Assembly (NCBI GenBank): GCA_046760225.1
Contig: JBHIDR010000003.1
Location: 1 to 46,537, forward strand
Direction of reading: 5' to 3'
Length of the DNA stretch: 46,537 nt
From: Candidatus Aenigmatarchaeota archaeon
GTDB lineage: Archaea > Aenigmatarchaeota > Aenigmatarchaeia > Aenigmatarchaeales > JACQIB01
Position numbers and translations under genes: made by a program. Shown here one piece after another: positions 1 to 8,959 of the stretch; position 1 is the stretch's first letter; every line of letters begins with the position of its first letter. The notes under the pieces are model-generated. The model did no database searches. It was not told the origin of the DNA and saw only the letters and a program-made list of their open reading frames with translations.

Positions 1-537
1 ATTGCTGTTTCTAATTCAAGGGGGGGCATACTCTGCAAGGAAGGGCTTGACCCGAACAAAGTGCTTGCCCATAAGAAAGAAACAGGCACTGTGGTAGGTT
101 TCAGGGGCTGTGAGAAAATAACAAATGAACAGCTGCTCGAACTGGAATGCGATATTCTTGTTCCTGCTGCAATTGAGAACCAGATAACAGGAAAGAATGC
201 TGACAGGATAAGGGCAAAGCTGATAGCAGAGGCAGCAAACGGTCCGGTAACACCTGAAGCAGATGAAATGCTGCACAAGAGGAACATATTCATGATTCCT
301 GACTTCCTTTGCAATGCGGGAGGTGTTACAGTAAGTTATTTCGAATGGGTGCAGAACAGGTATGGCTATTACTGGAAAGCTGAAGAGGTGTACAGAAAGC
401 TGGATGAGATAATGACGCGCGCATTCCATGAGGTTCTTAAGGTTTCTAAAGAAGAGGGCGTATGCATGCGCAAGGCAGCCTATATGGTTGCAGTGAAAAG
501 GATTGCGGATGCCATGAAGCTCAGGGGCTGGGTCTAG
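1..537 (+). CDS. gdhA: Glu/Leu/Phe/Val dehydrogenase (glutamate dehydrogenase), 5'-truncated by window edge
   Basis: Frame open from base 1; motifs PAAIEN, AEAANGP, PDFLCNAGGVTVSYFEWVQN. Confidence 0.93.
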   Translation: MAVSNSRGGILCKEGLDPNKVLAHKKETGTVVGFRGCEKITNEQLLELECDILVPAAIENQITGKNADRIRAKLIAEAANGPVTPEADEMLHKRNIFMIPDFLCNAGGVTVSYFEWVQNRYGYYWKAEEVYRKLDEIMTRAFHEVLKVSKEEGVCMRKAAYMVAVKRIADAMKLRGWV

Positions 538-1759
538 AAAGGTATTTGCTAATTGCTCTTGCCTTTATTTTGCCATCAGCAAGTGCCTGGACAACAGTTG
601 AGGGACCTGAGACAAAGTCACCGCCAGCAAACACCTTTTCACTGTCGATATCTATTTTCTCAGGTACTTGGCCAACAGCCATTATGACAGTATCTGCATC
701 TATTTCAAATTCAGAGCCTTGAACCGGAACCGGCCTGGCTCTTCCTGATTCATCAGGCTCACCAAGCTCCATCTTGACAAGCCTTATCTTGCCTTCACTT
801 ATCTCAACAGGATTTGTAAGAAACATCAGCTCCACCCCTTCCTCTTCAGCTCCCTGTACTTCCCTGGGGTCAGCTGGCATCTCATTCCTGGTCCTCCTGT
901 AAACAATCCTGACACTATCAGCTCCTAGTCTTAATGATGCTCTTGCTGCATCAATTGCAACATTCCCTCCTCCAACCACAATGGTGTTTTTGCCAACGCC
1001 CACCTCTTTTCCAGAATTCACATCAAACAAGAAATTTACAGCTTCCAAAGCTCTTTCCTCCCCAGGAATGCCCATCTTCCTGGGTGCCCATGCTCCAGCA
1101 GAAACATAGACAGCATCAAATCTTTCGGTCAGCTCTTTGGGGTCCTTTATCTCATGCAATGTTTCTATTTTCACACCAGCCTTCTTTATGAGCTCAATCT
1201 CCTTGCCCAGCGAGCTCTTCGGCAACCTGTAGCTGGGTATTCCATAATAAAGCATTCCTCCAGGCATCTTGAACCTCTCAAAGACTGTTACATCATGGCC
1301 TTGCTTTGACAAATAGAATGCAGCTGAGAGGCCTGATGGACCAGAGCCTATTACTGCAACCCTGTTTCCTGTTGAGGGCTTGCTTTCTATGTTGACTTTT
1401 GAAAAATCAGCATGCTCAGCAACATATCTCTTCAGCAACCTTATCCTTATTGGCTCGCCCTTTGCTCCAAGAACACATCTTTTCTCACAGAAAGCAGGGC
1501 ACACCTTGCCTGTTGTTATTGGAAATGGGTTGTCCTGGATTATTATTTCCAGTGCCCTTTCCAGCTCACCATCCACAATGGATCTTACAAACAGAGGAAT
1601 CTGCTGGGTTGTGGGACAGGTCTGAGCACAAAGAGGATTAGTGCATTTTATGCACCTCTTTGCCTCCTCAACTGCCTCTTCCTCAGTCAAGCCCAGAGAC
1701 ACTTCTTTCCAGGTGGTCTTTCTTTTTTCTGGATCCAGCTTTCTTTCCCTAGACTGCAT
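521..1759 (-). CDS. NAD(P)H-dependent flavin/Fe-S oxidoreductase, GltD/SudA family
   Basis: EAKRCIKCxxPLCxxxCP Fe-S cluster, GSGPSG FAD motif, GGGNVAIDAAR, YRR, AGGDFVSGP. Confidence 0.9.
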   Translation of the reverse strand: MQSRERKLDPEKRKTTWKEVSLGLTEEEAVEEAKRCIKCTNPLCAQTCPTTQQIPLFVRSIVDGELERALEIIIQDNPFPITTGKVCPAFCEKRCVLGAKGEPIRIRLLKRYVAEHADFSKVNIESKPSTGNRVAVIGSGPSGLSAAFYLSKQGHDVTVFERFKMPGGMLYYGIPSYRLPKSSLGKEIELIKKAGVKIETLHEIKDPKELTERFDAVYVSAGAWAPRKMGIPGEERALEAVNFLFDVNSGKEVGVGKNTIVVGGGNVAIDAARASLRLGADSVRIVYRRTRNEMPADPREVQGAEEEGVELMFLTNPVEISEGKIRLVKMELGEPDESGRARPVPVQGSEFEIDADTVIMAVGQVPEKIDIDSEKVFAGGDFVSGPSTVVQALADGKIKARAISKYLSRPSP

Positions 1760-1811
1760 AATTAATTCATATGCACAACCTTTTTAAACCTTCAGCTTAA
1801 ATAGAAATAAC

Positions 1812-2384
1812 ATGGCTTTTGAAGAATACCTTTCAGCAGGAGTGCACATAGGGATGAAGCAGACAGTAAAGGACATGAGGAAATTCGTGTACAAGATAAG
1901 ACCTGATGGCCTTGCTGTGCTGAACGTGTCCCTGATAGATGAAAGGCTGAACATAGCTGCAAATTTCCTTACAAAATTCAACAACATAATTGTGACCAGC
2001 AGAAAAATGGTGGGGCAAAAGCCTGCAATAAAGTTTGCTGAAGCAGTTGGTGCCAAAAGCTTCATCGGCAGGTTCCTTCCTGGAACAGTAACAAACCCTT
2101 CCTTCCCGGGCTACAGCGAGGCGGATGTTGTCATAGTCACTGACCCTCTTGTGGACAAGCAGGCTGTAACAGAGGCAGTGAAAATGAGGATACCTGTTAT
2201 TGCGCTGTGTGACACCTTCAACGAGACCAAGAACATAGACCTCGTGATACCATGCAACAACAAGGGGAAGAAGGCGCTTGCAACAATCTACTGGGCACTT
2301 GCAAAGAAAATCCTTCTTGCCAAAGGGGACATAAAGAGCGAAGACGAATTCAAGTTAAAGTCCTCGGATTTCGAGGCCCAATAA
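1812..2384 (+). CDS. rps2: 30S ribosomal protein S2
   Basis: YLSAGVHIG, GRFLPGTVTNP, IPCNNKG motifs of archaeal uS2. Confidence 0.96.
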   Translation: MAFEEYLSAGVHIGMKQTVKDMRKFVYKIRPDGLAVLNVSLIDERLNIAANFLTKFNNIIVTSRKMVGQKPAIKFAEAVGAKSFIGRFLPGTVTNPSFPGYSEADVVIVTDPLVDKQAVTEAVKMRIPVIALCDTFNETKNIDLVIPCNNKGKKALATIYWALAKKILLAKGDIKSEDEFKLKSSDFEAQ

Positions 2385-2415
2385 ATTTTAAAACGAATGA
2401 AATTCTATTAATAGT

Positions 2416-3285
2416 ATGCTAATCAGGAATCCTGCTGTTGCTGGCTCATTCTATCCGCTTAGCTCAAACGAGCTTGCCTCAATGATAAAGAGATTCATGA
2501 ACGAGTCCAAGGCCCGGCCCAGGCAATGCATGGGTGTTGTGGCGCCACATGCAGGGTATGTGTATTGCGGAAAGGTTTTTGCTTCAGTGTACAGCGCTCT
2601 CAGTGGGAGTGATTTTGATACAGTTGTCATACTGGGGCCCAACCACATGGGAGCTGGTGCTGGAATAGCAACAGGAAAGGGAATGTGGAAAACACCCCTT
2701 GGCTCTGTTTCTGTTGATGAGGAGTTTGCAGGTGAACTTCCAAACAATAACATATTCAATGATCCAGGAGCGCACAGGAATGAACATAGTATAGAGGTGC
2801 AGCTGCCATGGCTGCAGGCGGTTTTTGCGAACAAGAGGTCAAGGTTCCAGCGCTTTGTGCCTGTTGCAATAAACCTGCTATACTATACCAAGGAGCACTG
2901 CAAGGCACTTGGGAACAGGATAGCGGATGTTGCTGAAAAGCTCAACAGGAAGACACTGGTGATTGCGAGCAGCGACTTCACCCACCATGGAAGGCTGTAC
3001 GGCTATACCCCTTTTTCAGGGAGCGGTAAGCAGATACTCAAGAGAATAAAGGAAACAGACATGGAGATTGCAGGATATGCAAGCAAGCTAATGCCTGAAA
3101 GGCTTGTAGAGGTATGCAGGGAAAGGAACCTCAGCATCTGCGGCTTCGGAGCAATAGCTGCAATGCTCTGGGCAGCAAAAAGACTAGGTGCCAAGAACGG
3201 GGAGATACTTGACTATAGCACAAGCTATGATGTTTCAAGGGACACAAACGCTATCGTCGCCTACTGTGGGATTGCTGTCTTTTAG
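2416..3285 (+). CDS. MEMO1 family protein (AmmeMemoRadiSam system protein B)
   Basis: RNPAVAGSFYP, PHAGYVYCG, GPNH, EHSIEVQLP, SSDFTH, SICG. Confidence 0.92.
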   Translation: MLIRNPAVAGSFYPLSSNELASMIKRFMNESKARPRQCMGVVAPHAGYVYCGKVFASVYSALSGSDFDTVVILGPNHMGAGAGIATGKGMWKTPLGSVSVDEEFAGELPNNNIFNDPGAHRNEHSIEVQLPWLQAVFANKRSRFQRFVPVAINLLYYTKEHCKALGNRIADVAEKLNRKTLVIASSDFTHHGRLYGYTPFSGSGKQILKRIKETDMEIAGYASKLMPERLVEVCRERNLSICGFGAIAAMLWAAKRLGAKNGEILDYSTSYDVSRDTNAIVAYCGIAVF

Positions 3286-3690
3286 CGGCACTTTGCTGTA
3301 AAATATTATACTATTCCTATAGTCTGAAGCCCTCACACTACTGTAGTCATTGTCATTTAGATTGTGTTTGTGCACCCTTATGTTTCTCATCTCAGGCCCC
3401 ACAAAGAGTGCACCATATCCCTTACTCTTCAGTTTACTAGCTAGTTGTCTCCTGTCCTTAATGATATCAAAATCTGGAGCAATTTGAATAGTATCAAACA
3501 TTAAGCACAAAGAATCAATATAATCGCCGAGATTATCGTCTAACTGTACATATAGTTTACTGTCATCTATAATAAGATGGCCTATTGTCTTTTCATCCTT
3601 GTGCCTTCCATCAAACTCTATGTACATGAAGTGTTCGTTTATCTTCACTTCTCCAATAGAAATCATAAAACATATTTGCTCTACTTCCAT
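3235..3690 (-). CDS. Hypothetical protein (AT-rich ORFan)
   Basis: 151-aa ORF filling the gap between MEMO1 and gltX; no recognisable motif; 3' end overlaps MEMO1. Confidence 0.45.
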   Translation of the reverse strand: MEVEQICFMISIGEVKINEHFMYIEFDGRHKDEKTIGHLIIDDSKLYVQLDDNLGDYIDSLCLMFDTIQIAPDFDIIKDRRQLASKLKSKGYGALFVGPEMRNIRVHKHNLNDNDYSSVRASDYRNSIIFYSKVPLKDSNPTVGDDSVCVP

Positions 3691-3768
3691 ATAATGTTAA
3701 TTGACTTCCTTGCGGTTGTTAGAAACATTTATAAGAGGTTTTTTAAAGTAAAGTTCCAAATATTTTAC

Positions 3769-5412
3769 ATGGCAAAGCTGAAGGATATTGTGCTGAAGCA
3801 TGCCCTGCTCAATGCTGTTGAGTTCGGGAGGGCAGAGGCAGGGCCTGTGATAGGCAAGGTCATAGCAGAGTATCCTGAGTCCAAGAAGGACATTGCAAAA
3901 CTGAAGAAGGAAATAGCATCTGCAATCGAGAAAGTAAACAAGATGAGCAAGGAGAAGAGGGAAAAAGAGCTGAAGAAGTTCGGCAAGATAAAAAAGCCAG
4001 AGAAAAAGGAAAGGGAGGGGCTGCCTGAGCTGCCAGGTGCAAGAAAAGGCAAGGTTGTTCTGAGGTTTGCTCCTGAGCCCAATGGCTATCTTCATATAGG
4101 GCACCTGAAATCTGCCCTGCTCAACTATCTTTATGCCAAGATGTACAAGGGCAAGCTTATTCTCAGGTGGGACGATACAAATCCCAAGAGAGAGAAGAAG
4201 GAATATTATGATGCAATAAGGCAAGACCTCAAGACATTCGGTGTGAAATATGACAAGGAAGCCTTTGAATCAGACAATATGGAACTCTTCTACAAGCATG
4301 CAGAGGAGCTGCTGAAAAAAGGCAACATGTATGTCTGTGACTGCCCGCAAGAGGCAATAAGCAGCTTCAGGGAGCAAGGAAAGGCCTGCCCCTGCAGGGA
4401 GAGGAAGGTAAAGGAGAACATGGAGCTCTGGAAGAAGATGCTGAAAAAGGGAAAGGAGGATGAGATGATGGTGAAGCTGAAGACCGACCCTGCTGACCCG
4501 AACCCTGCCCTGAGGGAGCCCAGCATGCTGAGGGTTGTTGAGACTCCGCATCCCCTGAAAGGTAAAAAGTACAGGGTCTATCCGCTCTATAATTTCGCCT
4601 GCACCATAATGGACCATGATCTAAAGATAACGCACGTGCTCAGGGACAAGGGATTTGAGAACGATGCCAGGATACAGGGAATACTTTACTCCCTGTTCGG
4701 CTGGCCAGTGCCTGTGATAATCCACTTCGGAAGGCTGAAAGAAGTGGCAGGGATACCAATGAGCAAGAGGAAGATAAGGCTGCTCATTGAAGAGGGCAGG
4801 CTGTCAGGCTGGGATGACCTGAGGATCCCGAACCCAAGGAACCTCCTGAAGAGGGGCTTTATGCCTGATGCAATCAGGAGAATGGTGGAGGAGGTTGGCC
4901 CGAGCAAGCATGACATAACGATCACAATGGACATGATTGAAACCTATAACAGGCAGCTGATAGACAAGAAGTCCAACAGGTACTTCTTTGTTGGTGAGCC
5001 AGTTGAGCTGAAACTGGACAGGCTGGTGATGAAGTCTGTCAGGGCTCCCATATATCCTGGGAAAAGGAAGTACAGGAAGATACCCACAAGCAAGAAGATA
5101 TTCATAGACAAGATGGACTATGTTGCCAACAGGGAGAAGGAAGTGAGACTAATGCACTTCTGCAACATCAGGATCGACAGGAAGACCAAGGTCACGGGCA
5201 AGGCCAACAAGGACATACCAAAGATACACTGGGTACCATCAAGGAACATCAAGGTAAAGCTAATAATGCCTGACGGCAGGCTTCTAAACGGCCTTGCTGA
5301 GCCGGAAATAAGGAAAGTCAAGATCAATGACACCCTCCAGTTTGAGCGCGTGGGCTTTGTGCGCGTAGACAAGGTCAAACCTGAAATAGTCTGTTACTAT
5401 GCGCACAGGTGA
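3769..5412 (+). CDS. gltX: Glutamate--tRNA ligase
   Basis: RFAPEPNGYLHIGH, LRWDDTNP, MSKR, QFERVGF; start placed at ATG 3769 (MAKLKDIVLKHALLNA), not 3577. Confidence 0.95.
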   Translation: MAKLKDIVLKHALLNAVEFGRAEAGPVIGKVIAEYPESKKDIAKLKKEIASAIEKVNKMSKEKREKELKKFGKIKKPEKKEREGLPELPGARKGKVVLRFAPEPNGYLHIGHLKSALLNYLYAKMYKGKLILRWDDTNPKREKKEYYDAIRQDLKTFGVKYDKEAFESDNMELFYKHAEELLKKGNMYVCDCPQEAISSFREQGKACPCRERKVKENMELWKKMLKKGKEDEMMVKLKTDPADPNPALREPSMLRVVETPHPLKGKKYRVYPLYNFACTIMDHDLKITHVLRDKGFENDARIQGILYSLFGWPVPVIIHFGRLKEVAGIPMSKRKIRLLIEEGRLSGWDDLRIPNPRNLLKRGFMPDAIRRMVEEVGPSKHDITITMDMIETYNRQLIDKKSNRYFFVGEPVELKLDRLVMKSVRAPIYPGKRKYRKIPTSKKIFIDKMDYVANREKEVRLMHFCNIRIDRKTKVTGKANKDIPKIHWVPSRNIKVKLIMPDGRLLNGLAEPEIRKVKINDTLQFERVGFVRVDKVKPEIVCYYAHR

Positions 5413-5459
5413 TTGTATGTCAATAATTAAAAGGGAAAGTGGAGAACACTAACATCTTC

Positions 5460-6578
5460 CTAAAGCTGGCTGCCTTCGTACTTCAATTTTCCTCTCTTCA
5501 CCAATAGTTCTGTGGCTGCCTTGACTATCCACGGCCAGGCTATGGTCGCATCACAGTAGACCTCTGCGTACCTGCCGCCGTCCTCTATTGACTCAAACTT
5601 TCCCCAAGAAATTCCCTCACTGTATGTGCAACCCGAAAGACCTCCCCAGTGTGTGGGTTCCGGGCATATCCTCACGCCGTACCTAAACTTCTTGTCATAC
5701 GGCTTGTCATCGAAGTCCTTGTTTTTCAGCTCATGAATTTCCTGGAAGCACAGCCCTTCCAGATAGGGCGCAATCTGCTGCACCCAGTTTCTCGGGACCC
5801 CGCCGCCGATAGTGAATATCCCCCACCTTTCATGCTTAATCGCATCACCCACAATGTCGTTGAAGTCCAGGAACGGGTCAAACCTTATTTCTTCCTTCCC
5901 CAGCTTCCTCATCCTCCTGTTGTAAAGATTGAAGTCCAGTGCCATCTCAGAGTCGGTGAACGCCGGTATGTATATCTTGATTCCTTTCCTGAAGGCCGTC
6001 TTTATCGGCGACCTATCCTCCTTCTTCTCGTCTAGATACCTGCCGAGCTCCCCCATGAGCTCATGGCTACATGTCGGCCTTGACTTGTCCATCTTATTGA
6101 GGATGTTGCATATTATCTTATCAACACCTTCAAAGTTGGTCTCAGGCTCCAGAGAATCATAAATGCGATTGAGGCCCTGCCTGTATAGCTCCTCGTCAGT
6201 GATGTTTCCTGGGTCCTTGTAGTGCGCATAACCTGCTGACTCAATGAATCCGTGGGACATGAGGGCTCCTGTGGAAACGACCGCATTGACCATGCCATTG
6301 TCTATCATGTGGTCTATAACATAGTTCATCTTTCCTATTGTCATTGCACCGCTCAGCGTGAGCACCTTGAAACAGTTCTTGTCCTCGACCATGTCCACAA
6401 GAACATTAACAGCGTCTCCTACGGCCCTGCCGCCGAAAGCTGTCTTGCCCTGTGCCCTTGTCATGTCGTAGAACGAGTTGATATTATTGATGTCTAGTGT
6501 CTCCAGTTTCTCCAAGTTGCTTGTATCAACCTTCTTGTGCCTCAGATATCTGTCATCCTTTCCCCTCTTCTCATCCAT
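5460..6578 (-). CDS. dys: Deoxyhypusine synthase family protein
   Basis: GLNRIYD, PAFTDSE, IGGGVPRNW, GGLSGCTYSEGISWGK, CDATIAWP. Confidence 0.9.
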   Translation of the reverse strand: MDEKRGKDDRYLRHKKVDTSNLEKLETLDINNINSFYDMTRAQGKTAFGGRAVGDAVNVLVDMVEDKNCFKVLTLSGAMTIGKMNYVIDHMIDNGMVNAVVSTGALMSHGFIESAGYAHYKDPGNITDEELYRQGLNRIYDSLEPETNFEGVDKIICNILNKMDKSRPTCSHELMGELGRYLDEKKEDRSPIKTAFRKGIKIYIPAFTDSEMALDFNLYNRRMRKLGKEEIRFDPFLDFNDIVGDAIKHERWGIFTIGGGVPRNWVQQIAPYLEGLCFQEIHELKNKDFDDKPYDKKFRYGVRICPEPTHWGGLSGCTYSEGISWGKFESIEDGGRYAEVYCDATIAWPWIVKAATELLVKRGKLKYEGSQL

Positions 6579-6703
6579 TTTATCGTTAAATTAATGTGCC
6601 TGAAAAAATTTAAAACCCATACCCAGGTAATCTTTAAATACTTTCTAAGCAAGGTTCTCTAAAGAAAGGATGACAAGATGAACTTATGAAATGAGGTGAT
6701 TTG

Positions 6704-7027
6704 ATGGTAGAACAGGAAAAGGTTTTACAGGCTGTTGAGCTTGCAAAAAGCACAGGAAAGGTAATAATAGGAACCAATGAGGCAACAAAGGCTGTTGAAA
6801 GGGGGGTTGCAAAACTCGTGGTTATTGCTGATGATGTGGACCCAAAGGAGGTCATAATGCACCTTCCACCGCTCTGCAATGAGAAGAAGATACCGCTTGC
6901 GCACGTGAATGCCAAGCAGGAGCTCGGAAGGGCAGCAGGAATTGATGTTCCAACAGCTGCTGTTGCAATCATCGAGGAAGGAGAGTCAAAGAAGATAATA
7001 GATGAAATAGCCAAAGAGAAGGAATGA
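6704..7027 (+). CDS. rpl7ae: 50S ribosomal protein L7Ae
   Basis: [35 protein letters not shown] upstream. Confidence 0.96.
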   Translation: MVEQEKVLQAVELAKSTGKVIIGTNEATKAVERGVAKLVVIADDVDPKEVIMHLPPLCNEKKIPLAHVNAKQELGRAAGIDVPTAAVAIIEEGESKKIIDEIAKEKE

Positions 7028-7032
7028 TCTGA

Positions 7033-7251
7033 ATGCCAGCACCAACTGATGCAGTTGCAGCAGAGGTAGTACAGGTCCTTGGAAGGACAGGAGTAAAGGG
7101 AGTTACGCAGGTAAGATGCAAGGTACTTGAAGGCAATGATGCAGGCAAGATACTCATGAGGAACGTGCTGGGGCCTGTGAGAGTAGGGGACATGCTCATG
7201 CTCAGGGAAACAGAGATGGAATCAGCTGGAGGCATGGAACCAAGGCGATAA
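7033..7251 (+). CDS. rps28e: 30S ribosomal protein S28e
   Basis: [29 protein letters not shown]. Confidence 0.96.
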   Translation: MPAPTDAVAAEVVQVLGRTGVKGVTQVRCKVLEGNDAGKILMRNVLGPVRVGDMLMLRETEMESAGGMEPRR

Positions 7252-7253
7252 AC

Positions 7254-7436
7254 ATGGCAAAGTGCAGCTTCTGCAAGATAAATGTTGAACAGGGCACAGG
7301 AAAGATGTTTGTGAGGAACGACGGCAAGATATTCTACTTTTGCGGTTCCAAGTGCCAGAAGAACATGCTCATGCTCAGAAGGGTCCCGGAAAGGCAGAAC
7401 TGGATAACAAAAAAGAAAAAGACCAAGAAAACCTAA
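7254..7436 (+). CDS. rpl24e: 50S ribosomal protein L24e
   Basis: CSFC..GTGKMFVRNDG..FCGSKC zinc motif. Confidence 0.96.
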   Translation: MAKCSFCKINVEQGTGKMFVRNDGKIFYFCGSKCQKNMLMLRRVPERQNWITKKKKTKKT

Positions 7437-8959
7437 AGCCTTTCCTCCAATAACTTCTCAGTAAGGGAGCGCTTCCTTTTCTTAGCTGTTTTTTTGTTTG
7501 GCTTTAGGCCTGCCTTTTTTAGGGCAATTTCCCAAGAACCGAATCTTTTTCTATAAAGATACTGGTTTGGTATGGACTTGTCTGTATTTAGTTCTCCTTT
7601 TAGTGGTGTTCTTCCGAGCTCTTCTGCTTTTTTCCTGAGGAAATCAAGGAGTTCTTGATCAGTGTATTTCTTTTTGTACACCCTCATATACGGTTCCAGG
7701 CCTGCTTCCTTTACTGCATTCTTCCAAGAGCCAAATCTCTTGTAATAAACACCTGGGTATGGCATAGAGTCATCCTTAATTACTTCTTCTATAGTTGGTG
7801 TTCTTCCGAGTTCTTCGGCTTTATCTTTAAGAAGCTCTAGCAGTTCCTCGTCTGTGTAGTCCTTTCGCTCACAATTGATATCCAGACCTGCTTCTTTTAA
7901 AGCCTTGTTAAAGGAGCCGAACCTTTGATTATAAGTATGTGCACTTGGTATGGACTTGTCCTTGTTCATTTCCATTGTGGTTGGTGGTCTTCCAAGCTCC
8001 TTTGCCTTTTCCTTAAGAGCTTTAATGAGCTCTTCGTTTGAGTATTCTCGGTATTTTGATTCTAATCCTGCTGCTTTTAAGGCACTGTTCCAGGAACCAA
8101 AATGTTTACAATAAGTATTTACACCTGGCATGTTTTTGTCTGTTTCTATTTCTCTTGCAGTTGGTGCTCTACCCAGATCATCTGCCTTATGCTGGAGAAC
8201 TTCAATAAGCTTCTCTTGTGTATAATTATGTATTTCTAAGCATGCTTCTTCTAGGGCATTGTTCCAAGAGCCAAATTTTCTCATATAGGTACTTGAACGT
8301 GGCATGGATTTGTCTCTGTCTATTTCTCTTTTACTCGGCGTCTTGCCCAGCTCCTTGGCTTTGTTTTGTAAGAGCTCGATGAGCTCTTGTTCCGAATATT
8401 CGTGTTTAAAATCTCTATTTAATTCTATACCTGCTGCTTCAAGGGCTTTGTTATAGGAACCAAACCATTTTATGTAGGTAGACGGATTTGGCATTGACTT
8501 GTCCGCTTTTATATCTTCTGTAGTCGGTGTCCTGCCCAGTTCTTCTGCCTTTTTCTGAAGATATTCTATGAGTTCTTCCTTTGAATAATATTCACGGTTC
8601 CTGTCCAAGCCTGCTTCTTTCAGGGCGTTGGTTAAGGAACCAAACCTGTACCGATAAGTAGTTGAAGATGGTATTGATTTGTCTGCAGTTATTTCTTTTT
8701 GGGTTGGTGTTCTACCCAGTTCTTTTGCTTTTTTCTTGAGAAGCTCTAGTAGTTCCTGATCTGAATAATATTCCTTATTAACATTCAAACCTGCTGCTTC
8801 CAGGGCCTTGTTATAAGAACCGAATGTTTTTGTGTAGATATATACAGAAGGTATGTCTTTGTCCGCGTTTACTTCTCTTCTAGTGGGTACTCTGCCTAAC
8901 TCTTCTGCCTTCTCTTGTAGTTTCTCGATAAGATAGTCATCAGTATATTTTTCACTCAT
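7433..8959 (-). CDS. Protein of 8 tandem ~60-aa homing-endonuclease-associated (HNH_repeat-like) repeats, no nuclease domain
   Basis: Eight copies of Y(S/T)xxELxxxLxxKAxELG(R/K)xPTxxExxxDKS(I/M)PxxxxYxxxFGS(W/Y/F)NxALxxAGL; ATG 8959 follows GGTGA; family name from recall. Confidence 0.85.
   Translation of the reverse strand: MSEKYTDDYLIEKLQEKAEELGRVPTRREVNADKDIPSVYIYTKTFGSYNKALEAAGLNVNKEYYSDQELLELLKKKAKELGRTPTQKEITADKSIPSSTTYRYRFGSLTNALKEAGLDRNREYYSKEELIEYLQKKAEELGRTPTTEDIKADKSMPNPSTYIKWFGSYNKALEAAGIELNRDFKHEYSEQELIELLQNKAKELGKTPSKREIDRDKSMPRSSTYMRKFGSWNNALEEACLEIHNYTQEKLIEVLQHKADDLGRAPTAREIETDKNMPGVNTYCKHFGSWNSALKAAGLESKYREYSNEELIKALKEKAKELGRPPTTMEMNKDKSIPSAHTYNQRFGSFNKALKEAGLDINCERKDYTDEELLELLKDKAEELGRTPTIEEVIKDDSMPYPGVYYKRFGSWKNAVKEAGLEPYMRVYKKKYTDQELLDFLRKKAEELGRTPLKGELNTDKSIPNQYLYRKRFGSWEIALKKAGLKPNKKTAKKRKRSLTEKLLEERL

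Noticed and set aside
3577..3768. 64-aa N-terminal extension of GluRS
   Set aside because: AT-rich promoter-like sequence overlapping a divergent ORF; the conserved N-terminus starts at 3769
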